This document shows positions 55,501 to 62,314 of a DNA stretch of 64,000 bases, one piece after another. Positions within the stretch are counted from its first letter, which is position 1; each line of letters starts with the position of its first letter. The position numbers and the translations under genes were made by a program. The stretch comes from Dehalococcoidia bacterium (lineage in GTDB: Bacteria; Chloroflexota; Dehalococcoidia; Lucifugimonadales; JADFKI01): NCBI GenBank assembly GCA_965242555.1, contig CBDESO010000012.1, positions 330,803 through 394,802 on the forward strand. Reading direction: 5' to 3'. The notes beneath the pieces were generated by a model that was not told the DNA's origin, did no database searches, and worked only from the letters and a program-made list of their open reading frames with translations.

Positions 55501-56187
55501 CGGGATTTCGTCAAGCGGCGCGGGCTCTAAGAACACATTGGCGTTCTGCTGCCAATAGAGTTCGTCCGGATCCGTCGGGTCCATTATGCCAACGATTTCG
55601 GCGGTAACCGAAACCGCCGAACCCAGCGATGGCTTAAGCTCAAGCAGCTCGCCCACTTCCAGGCTAAACACATTCGCGGTTGACGCGCCCACCACCGCCT
55701 CTACATACGGACCTTCGGGCGTCTGCGTAACCGTATCCGACGCCATCCGCCCGGCCACAAAGTCAACATGATGTTCCACATTGGACAGATACTGAAAGTA
55801 GCCGCGCGAAACCAGCTCAGTGCTTGCGTTGGCGAGCGGCCGCCACTCTGTCCCTACAAGCATCGTAGAGCCTTTGAGGTATCGCTCGCGCCCCACATAG
55901 AAATCGGAGATGTTGTCGTCTATGAGGCGGTCGATCTGCGCGTCGGTGGTTATGAGGGTTTCTTCTTGCAGCGGCACATTGGGCGCGAATGCGAAGATGT
56001 TTAGGAAGAGGATGGACGAGCGGTCTATGGATGTGTTCAGCGTCAGGCGCGCCAGCGAGTTCAGATAGACGGGCGCGCCCGCCACAAGCGTGGACGCTAT
56101 CAGGATGCCCGCGAATATGCTCAGGAGCAACTTCCAATCGGAAGTCAGCCGCCTGAATATAAAGCCCAATGTGGAGAATGAACGCAT
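52540..56187 (-). CDS. Giant FtsX/MacB-type ABC permease (1,215 aa), paralogue of 48655..52416
   Basis: Same architecture (..LLRSRGVSMAQLVRLYAIEG.. and ..GFLQSVGLSPRQMAGLLALEH..). ATG at 56187. Confidence 0.85.
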   Translation of the reverse strand: MRSFSTLGFIFRRLTSDWKLLLSIFAGILIASTLVAGAPVYLNSLARLTLNTSIDRSSILFLNIFAFAPNVPLQEETLITTDAQIDRLIDDNISDFYVGRERYLKGSTMLVGTEWRPLANASTELVSRGYFQYLSNVEHHVDFVAGRMASDTVTQTPEGPYVEAVVGASTANVFSLEVGELLELKPSLGSAVSVTAEIVGIMDPTDPDELYWQQNANVFLEPAPLDEIPDVGIEVDPEEPPIALFVTKQALLDSVGKAYPGSLVSSSWFVFVDKEPLKRIRPEELSQRIDNMENGLAALMQGSAVFTGIQSLLDRFERRSFFTSIPLLLLLTIMVITVLYYLAMMVSYLVQSREDDVALLRSRGVSMAQLVRLYAIEGLILAAVAAIIAPLLAMGVIAASGMLPYFTEITGGEFLPVNWRWTPFMVSAGVGALGLAMFVAPGVIGARTSLVIHKLRSSRPPIVPFFQRYYLDMMVLAIGALVFWELNARGQIVSGGLFSGIEINEALLFAPVLLLTLVALVFMRFFPLFVRFISGESPALIHLYAWATGGALALTLLMDGLRLGDIMGILPPLALTLGAGLAYWATQRAERRRSKFYAFAAQSALIGALLLTHTPTSGTLAFLPTIAFALLIAMQALYVGFALLSRVAPVWVSLSLWHMARNPLQYSWLVLLLVMVTGLAVLATTVGGTLNRSYEERILYDVATDMRVSNIPGFVSRSVGGLKERYSTLPGVTSVTLSFRESGSLGANYSGRQFEALAVEADDFHYHSWYRDDFSRNSLPEVMRALNPLSVSEPLSLPEDATHLGVWVKPADNYPNMFMWVVLQDADGVLETISLGSMGPPEWHRQTLELPQWLKRPLQLASIQIYEPVFGPAGTAGGILLDEIHAISADGSVSALEDFEDTRSQWLPLATSTLSSDSLALTREDAIRGETAGLFTFGKDTDNGLRGIYRSPSGGPVPVVASGSFLAASGARVGDSLIVELMGRFVPIVVRDSVDLFPTLDPRGAGFILADLETLIRHINILSPAVVATPNEMFIQKAPGAGDSVRQVVTRMVGRDLVIDREARLEQVRLDPLITAGWQAMSLLAMALIVFTAGLGYLTYLLAFANRSRSEMGFLQSVGLSPRQMAGLLALEHMIIVAIGVGLGTGAGWVMSDLMVSSVAVTENGREVIPPFILETDLRFLLPLYAVLISVFALAIYRLTRGMRRLDFHAISRLE

Positions 56188-56403
56188 AGATTCGCGCGCC
56201 GGCGCTGCGCCGGACTAGCCCCCGTGCAAAGTATAGCGCCGCTGCCGCCCGCGCCTGACGATTAGCGCATAGCGGCGGCGCGTCAGGACGCCGGCGGATT
56301 GGCGTTGCCGCCATAGTAGCACATTATCGCAAAGCGCGTATCGCGCCCGGCAAAATGCGCCGGACGCGATGCGATATTTAAGCGATGTCAAGCGGCGTTG
56401 CGC

Positions 56404-57528
56404 TTACAGCCCGATGCCGTCCGCCACGGTTTCCAGATGGTAATCGGTATCGCCGAAAGCGAGCTCGGCGGCTTTGGCGCGGCGCGAGTAGAGCTGCATG
56501 TTATGCTCTTTGGTAAAGCCGATGGCGCCGTGGCACTGATGTCCAAGCGCGCAGATGCGGCGATAGGCGTCGCTCACCCACGCCTTAGCCATTGCCACTT
56601 CTTGCGCCGCCGCCTCGCCCTCGGACAGCAGCCACGCCGCCTGATAGGTGATGTAGCGCGAGCCCTCGACGTCGGTAGCCATATTCGCGCAGTGATGCTG
56701 TATCGCCTGAAAAGAGCCGATGGGCCTGCCGAACTGCGTGCGCTGCTTGGCGTACTCCACGGTCATATCCAGCACCTGCTCCGCGCCGCCGACCATTTCG
56801 GCGCACTTGCCCACCGCGCCCCACGCCAGCGCTTTCTCTATCGTGTCCCAGCCCTTGTTCACATCGCCAAGCGCGGCGGACGCGGGCAGGGATACGTTGT
56901 CCAGGACAACCTCCGACTGCCTATCGGACGCGATGGTCTTGAGCAGCGTTTGACTCACGCCCGCGGCGTCGCTGGGAACCAGGAACAGCGTGATGTCGCG
57001 CTCGCCCTCGCCGGTTCGCGCCGCGACCACATAGGTATCGGCGACATGCGCGTTGGGGACGAAAAGCTTTGTGCCGTTGAGCGTCCAGCCCTCGCCGCTT
57101 TGCGTTGCGGTGGTTTCCACGCCCGCCGCGTCCCAGCGCGCGCTCGGCTCGGTCAGCGCCAGCGTAACGATGAGCTGCCCCTCGCCTATCTGCGGCAGCA
57201 GTTCCTGTTTCTGCGCCTCGGAGCCGGCGTCCATAATCGCCATCCCGCCCATCACAATCGTGGAAAACAGAGGGCCCGGCAGCAGCGCGCGCCCGGTCTC
57301 TTCCAGCAGCACGGACAGATCCAGGAAACTAAGCCCCACGCCGCCATACTGCTCCGGGAAAATCAGCCCCAGCCAGCCCTGCTCGGCGATCTTCTGCCAC
57401 ATCTCAGTCGTGTAGCCGCGCTCATCCTCTTCCATAGCGCGCACATAGGTATCCGGGCATTCCGCCTGCAAAAATTCGCGGGCGGAGTTTTTGAGCATCT
57501 GCTGCGTTTCGTTCAGTCCAAGGTCCAT
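56404..57528 (-). CDS. Acyl-CoA dehydrogenase
   Basis: 374 aa; ..FGRPIGSFQAIQHHCANM.. and ..GAIGFTKEHNMQLYSRRAKAAE... RBS GGAGGA. Confidence 0.88.
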   Translation of the reverse strand: MDLGLNETQQMLKNSAREFLQAECPDTYVRAMEEDERGYTTEMWQKIAEQGWLGLIFPEQYGGVGLSFLDLSVLLEETGRALLPGPLFSTIVMGGMAIMDAGSEAQKQELLPQIGEGQLIVTLALTEPSARWDAAGVETTATQSGEGWTLNGTKLFVPNAHVADTYVVAARTGEGERDITLFLVPSDAAGVSQTLLKTIASDRQSEVVLDNVSLPASAALGDVNKGWDTIEKALAWGAVGKCAEMVGGAEQVLDMTVEYAKQRTQFGRPIGSFQAIQHHCANMATDVEGSRYITYQAAWLLSEGEAAAQEVAMAKAWVSDAYRRICALGHQCHGAIGFTKEHNMQLYSRRAKAAELAFGDTDYHLETVADGIGL

Positions 57529-57639
57529 TGCGTTGTTCCTCCGATTTGTGTTGTGTGCGTAATTTGGCGTAGGCTGTCTTTGTTATAATATCTTACGAAA
57601 CCATTTCTGATTTCTATCCCACGACGAGAGTCAAAAGTT

Positions 57640-57921
57640 ATGGCTAAGCCTACAATTCATTATCAAGCCAACCAATACCTTGCCGGGGAATTGTCTCACG
57701 AAAACCTACACAACTGGGTTTTTGATAGGCTGGGCTATTACTTTCGCCCCGACCTAGACGGGACGCCTGATTCTGACCTGGCTAGTTTGTTGGTCGGGCT
57801 ATTCTGCGATTGCGACCTCCAGATTGATATGCTGGGAGAGTATGATGAGGAAGAATTTCGGCAATCCCTAACCGAGTTCATTGCTAAGGCAGAACCGCAA
57901 CTGTCTCACGCGATAGGATAA
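57640..57921 (+). CDS. Small acidic hypothetical protein (paralogue A)
   Basis: 93 aa in a low-GC patch, with its own TATAAT-like -10 at about 57585. Shares L..W(V)(F/Y)DR(L/I).YYF..(D/E)LDG..D.(D/E)LAS.LVGL with the next ORF. Confidence 0.55.
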   Translation: MAKPTIHYQANQYLAGELSHENLHNWVFDRLGYYFRPDLDGTPDSDLASLLVGLFCDCDLQIDMLGEYDEEEFRQSLTEFIAKAEPQLSHAIG

Positions 57922-57969
57922 GCGGCGCAACAAAGATTCACTCCATAATGTACATAAGGGTTAACATCA

Positions 57970-58239
57970 ATGTCCGAACCCACACTCCGCGAACAAGCCC
58001 ACAGGTATATTGACGGCAACTTGTCATATTCGGAACTTCATCGGTGGGTATATGACAGGATTGACTACTACTTTGCGGACGAACTCGACGGCTACGCGGA
58101 TGGCGAACTCGCCTCCCAACTTGTTGGCTTAATGGCCGAGTATGACCTTGACGCCGATATTTTCGGCAACGCCGCCAAAGCCGAGGCCGTCTTTCGCCAA
58201 GCGGTCACAGAGTACCTGTACGCTCGCCAACTATCGTGA
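57970..58239 (+). CDS. Small acidic hypothetical protein (paralogue B)
   Basis: 89 aa, a tandem paralogue of 57640..57921. Confidence 0.55.
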   Translation: MSEPTLREQAHRYIDGNLSYSELHRWVYDRIDYYFADELDGYADGELASQLVGLMAEYDLDADIFGNAAKAEAVFRQAVTEYLYARQLS

Positions 58240-58332
58240 ACAAACTCCTTACTTAAGCGTCGTTTCTGACGTCCTAAATTTCGTAGCGTCTAGGTAAAGA
58301 CGCAGCCTTCTCATTCGCAGCTCGCAGGCGGG

Positions 58333-59511
58333 TTAGCGCGGCAGCCCCAGCCCGCGCGTGGCAATGACATTGCGCTGTATCTCGGACGTTCCCGCCGCCA
58401 CCGTGCCGCCGTGCGAGCGCATCCACCCGTTCTCGATGCGCCCCCGCAGCGGCGCCCACTTGGACTCCGGCTCCAGCTGCCCGTACAGCCCCATCACCTG
58501 CATCCCAAGGCTGTACAGGCGTATCATCATCTCAGTGCCGTATGCCTTTGTGATGGACGCCTCGCGGTTGGGGATCATATCCTGGCTTTGCATCCACGCC
58601 ACGTTGTAGCACATCAGGCGGCAGGACTCGATTTGCACTGCCATATCCGCCAGCCGGCGGCGTATGGTGACGTCCTCCGCCAGCGGCTTGCTGTTGCGGT
58701 CGTTCTGCTTGCAGAAGTCGGCTATGTCTTCCAGCAGGCGCTTTGCCCGCGCCGGCCGGTCGACGCCGGAGCGCTCGAAATCCAGCAGCGCCGCGCCCAC
58801 ATACCAGCCGCGGTTCAGCTCGCCCACAAGGTTCTTTTTGGGAACGCGCACATCCTCAAAGGTAACCAGCGCGCGGTTCGCGTTCCACATCATCGGTATC
58901 TTTTCCACGGTGACGCCGTCCTGCTTCAGTTCGGACAGCAGGAAACTGATGCCGCGATGCTTGGGCGCGTCCGGCTCGGTTCGCGCCAGCATAAACATCC
59001 AGTCGGCGCCTGAGTGCGCGCCGTTCCATATCTTAGATCCGTTGATGACGAAATCGTCGCCGTCCTCCACCGCCCGTGTGTTCAGCGACGCCAGATCCGA
59101 GCCTGAGTCGGGTTCGGAGTAGCCCTGCGCCCAGTCTATATCCGCCTGCGCGATGCGCGGCAGAAAGTACTGCTTTTGCTCCTCAGTGCCGTACAGCATC
59201 AGGATAGGCCCCACCATACGCACGCCCGAATCGCCCGCGGGAACGCCCCTGTACGCCATCTCTTCGTTGAAAATCATCTGTTGGATGTGCGGCGCCGCCT
59301 TGCCGCCGTACTCTTCGGGCCACGCCATAGTCAGCCAGCCGTTGGTGGCGAGTTTCTTCTTGAACTCGCGCACCAGCCCGGCATCCTCCGGCTCTTCGGC
59401 GTCCACCGCGCGCTCGCGCCAGTCCCAGGGCAGTTCGCTCTCAACGAACTCGCCCACCTCCCTGCGGAATGCGTTGTCCTGTTGGCTGAAGCGGAAGTCC
59501 ATTTGTTTCAC
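58333..59511 (-). CDS. Acyl-CoA dehydrogenase
   Basis: ..WAQGYSEPDSGSDLASLNTRAVEDGDDFVINGSKIW.. and C-terminal GTSEIQRNVIATRGLGLPR. Confidence 0.9.
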   Translation of the reverse strand: MKQMDFRFSQQDNAFRREVGEFVESELPWDWRERAVDAEEPEDAGLVREFKKKLATNGWLTMAWPEEYGGKAAPHIQQMIFNEEMAYRGVPAGDSGVRMVGPILMLYGTEEQKQYFLPRIAQADIDWAQGYSEPDSGSDLASLNTRAVEDGDDFVINGSKIWNGAHSGADWMFMLARTEPDAPKHRGISFLLSELKQDGVTVEKIPMMWNANRALVTFEDVRVPKKNLVGELNRGWYVGAALLDFERSGVDRPARAKRLLEDIADFCKQNDRNSKPLAEDVTIRRRLADMAVQIESCRLMCYNVAWMQSQDMIPNREASITKAYGTEMMIRLYSLGMQVMGLYGQLEPESKWAPLRGRIENGWMRSHGGTVAAGTSEIQRNVIATRGLGLPR

Positions 59512-59578
59512 CTCAGGTTGGCTTGCTGTTGTTTGGCGCAGGCATGCGATTAAACGCTTGCTTGCGGTTCTTGTATCG

Positions 59579-60007
59579 CTATGGGTATGCCCAATGCCGC
59601 GCAGTCAAGGCGCAGTTCCAGCGCCTCTTCACATACACTTCAGAGGGCAGCCCTCCCGTCATATTCGGCGCTATGCCCCCGAAAGATTTAAGCGGGGGAA
59701 TATCCTCTTGGCGCGGCAGCAGTTGCATGCTCCAGCCCCACACCCGCTTGGATCCGCCGTCCGCCGACGTCAGTTTTCTGCCGAACACGCTCACATTTCG
59801 CCCAAGCGCGTCTAGCGCTTGACGCGCCAAATCGCCCTCTAGGTGGCACTGCGCCTCGATCCCGCTCCAATCCTCAGTGACGATGAACTCGCCCTCGCCG
59901 CCGCAGGGCGCAAGACTGAGAGCGCCCGCGATAGAACCCACGGACTCGCGCCAACCCCCGCTCTCGCGGGCGGCAAGGCTATCTTTGCGCCCAAAGTCCG
60001 TGTCCAT
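59579..60007 (-). CDS. Hypothetical 142-aa protein between two ACAD paralogues
   Basis: ATG at 60007 follows AAGGTGA, and codon usage is like that of its neighbours. No confident family assignment, and the C-terminal ~15 aa look atypical. Confidence 0.4.
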   Translation of the reverse strand: MDTDFGRKDSLAARESGGWRESVGSIAGALSLAPCGGEGEFIVTEDWSGIEAQCHLEGDLARQALDALGRNVSVFGRKLTSADGGSKRVWGWSMQLLPRQEDIPPLKSFGGIAPNMTGGLPSEVYVKRRWNCALTARHWAYP

Positions 60008-60126
60008 TCGTTTCACCTTAATACTGATTGTTCGGCATACGGGTTGGCGATTTTCGGCTCCTTGTTGTTTTGTTTTGTCAGGATAGCCGCTGTGGCCCGT
60101 TTGGCACAGCGGCTATCCCCAACCTC

Positions 60127-61296
60127 CTACCTCGGCAAGCCCAGCCCGCGCGTGGCGATGATGTTGCGCTGGATCTCGGATGTCCCCGCCGCGATTGTGG
60201 CGGATACCGACGTCATGTAGCTCTGCTCTATGCGCCCCTGCAGCGGCGCGTACTTGGATCCCGGCTCCAGCTGCCCGTACAGCCCCAGGATTTCCATCCC
60301 CGCGCCCGCTACCGCCTGCTGCAACTCAGTGCCGAATGCCTTGCCCATAGACGATTCCTTGTTGGGAACAAGCCCCGCGCTCTGCATCCACGCTATCTGG
60401 TATGAGATGAGGCGGCTTATCTCGGTTCGCACGGTCAGGTCGGCGAGCTTGCGGCTGATTTTGGGGTCGTCTATGAGACGCCCTCCGTTGCGCTTGGTGT
60501 CTTTGCAGAACTGCACAAGCTCTTCCAGCGTGCGCTTTGTGCCGGCGGAGTACTCCACCCCGGAGCGCTCGAAGTCCAGCAGCGTCGCGCCCACATACCA
60601 ACCGCGGTTCAGCTCGCCCACTAGGTTGCGCTTGGGAACGCGCACATTGTCAAAGATGACCATATTGAAGCTGTGCTTGTTCGCCATATTGATGATGGGG
60701 CGAACCTCAACGCCGGGCTGCCGCATATCCGCCAGCAAGAAGCTGATGCCGCGATGCTTGGGCGCGTCCGGATCCGTGCGCGTCAACACCATCACATGGT
60801 CGGCGTGGTGCGCGTTGGACGTCCATATCTTAGTGCCGTTGATGACGAAATCGTCGCCGTCCTCAACCGCGCGCGTCTGCAGCGAGGCGAGGTCGGAGCC
60901 GGACTCGGGCTCGGAGTAGCCCTGACACCACTGCACTTCGCCGCGCGCTATGGGCGGCAGGTATTCGCGCTTTTGGTCTTCTGTGCCGTGTATCATCAGC
61001 GTGGGCGCGAGCATCTTTGTGCCGAACTGGTCCCTGCCCGGCGCGCGCTGATACGCCATCTCCTCGGCGAATATCAGCTGCATCATATGGGACGCGCCGT
61101 TGCCGCCGTACTCCTCGGGCCACGCCATCGTCAGCCAGCCCTTGTCCGCCAACTTCTTACGCATCTCCAGCGTGAAATCCCAGTCTTCGTCGTCCTCCTC
61201 AGAGCCGCCCGTCCAGCCGTCAGGCAGTTCCTTTTGCAGAAACTCTCGCAACTCGGCGCGGAAGTTCTCTTCTTCGGATGTGAACTTGAACTGCAT
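60127..61296 (-). CDS. Acyl-CoA dehydrogenase (close paralogue of 58333..59511)
   Basis: ..WCQGYSEPESGSDLASLQTRAVEDGDDFVINGTKIW.. and C-terminal GTSEIQRNIIATRGLGLPR. Confidence 0.9.
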   Translation of the reverse strand: MQFKFTSEEENFRAELREFLQKELPDGWTGGSEEDDEDWDFTLEMRKKLADKGWLTMAWPEEYGGNGASHMMQLIFAEEMAYQRAPGRDQFGTKMLAPTLMIHGTEDQKREYLPPIARGEVQWCQGYSEPESGSDLASLQTRAVEDGDDFVINGTKIWTSNAHHADHVMVLTRTDPDAPKHRGISFLLADMRQPGVEVRPIINMANKHSFNMVIFDNVRVPKRNLVGELNRGWYVGATLLDFERSGVEYSAGTKRTLEELVQFCKDTKRNGGRLIDDPKISRKLADLTVRTEISRLISYQIAWMQSAGLVPNKESSMGKAFGTELQQAVAGAGMEILGLYGQLEPGSKYAPLQGRIEQSYMTSVSATIAAGTSEIQRNIIATRGLGLPR

Positions 61297-61421
61297 TTGG
61301 CTTTCCTCCCGTCTTGTCTATTGCTTTGTCTTTGCGCTTAGGCGGCGAAAACGCCGCCTTGTGATTGTTGGGATTGCCGTTGCGTTTGCATATCGCAAGC
61401 GCAACGGGCGGTTCGCGGGCG

Positions 61422-61661
61422 CTACACGCTGCCGACCGACAGGCAGGTCACCGTGCGAACAATGCCGTTGATGATGTGGATCTGGCTGGTGACTAGGTCG
61501 CCAACGGAGTTTAGGTCGGGCGCAGCCACCACCGCGATTATGTCGTATGGCCCCGTTACGGCGTCAACCGATTCGATGCCGTTAAGTGAACGCAACGCGT
61601 CGGCAACATCCCTTGACTTGCCGACCGAAGTTTCAATCAGAATGTACGCCTTGGTGGACAT
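61422..61661 (-). CDS. Stand-alone Lrp/AsnC ligand-binding (RAM) domain protein
   Basis: 79 aa; KAYILIETSVGKSRDVADALRSLNGIESVDAVTGPYDIIAVV matches the AsnC_trans_reg domain, with no HTH present. Confidence 0.8.
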   Translation of the reverse strand: MSTKAYILIETSVGKSRDVADALRSLNGIESVDAVTGPYDIIAVVAAPDLNSVGDLVTSQIHIINGIVRTVTCLSVGSV

Positions 61662-62314
61662 CGTTTCCTAAGCCTCCCCGTGATGTTCGTAGATGTTCGT
61701 AATAAGCATCGGCATAGCGGCGTTTCCGGCGCGCAAGCGGGTTGCCCGCGAAAGCCGCTAGGCGCAATCCGCAACGCATCCAACGCGCCGCATTGCCGCG
61801 CAGTCTGTAATCCTCTGTATTCTATAAGGGCGCAAGAATATGTGTCAAACTAAACGCCGCCGTATGTAGCCAACCGCGCTTGCCGCGTTGCGACGCAAGG
61901 CTAATCGCTAATCACACTAATTATTAGGGGGCGATAGCGCAAAGCCAATCGCCTTTGCCGCCTACGCAAGCGCGAAATCGCCAACAAGCGCGGCGCAAAC
62001 GCTGTTTCAAGCCGCCAACCGCAATTGACACTACGATTTATAGACTGCTATACTTACTGCTAAGATATGTTGAAAACAAGGCGGGCGCGGCTCGCGCTCG
62101 CGACAGCGCTGTCAGGCGCTCTCCACGAGCCTGCAATGCAAGCGACACAGCGACATCACAGACGCGCAAGCGCCGCATCATCATCGCATCCCCTAGCGCA
62201 GACGCGCCGCATCAGCGGCCGCGTTGGCGCCTGGGGCTTTTTGGCGTTCCAACCGCGTTGGCGAACTACCGGCGGCGCGCGCCACTAACAAGCGAACAAA
62301 GCCCAGGAGGGGAA

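Noticed and set aside
56398-57588. 396-aa plus-strand ORF
   Set aside because: It is antisense to an acyl-CoA dehydrogenase with clear family motifs and an RBS.
62067-62288. 73-aa ORF in the korA leader
   Set aside because: It is Arg/Ala-rich, has no RBS, and its codon usage is unlike korA's. It is more likely non-coding leader sequence.
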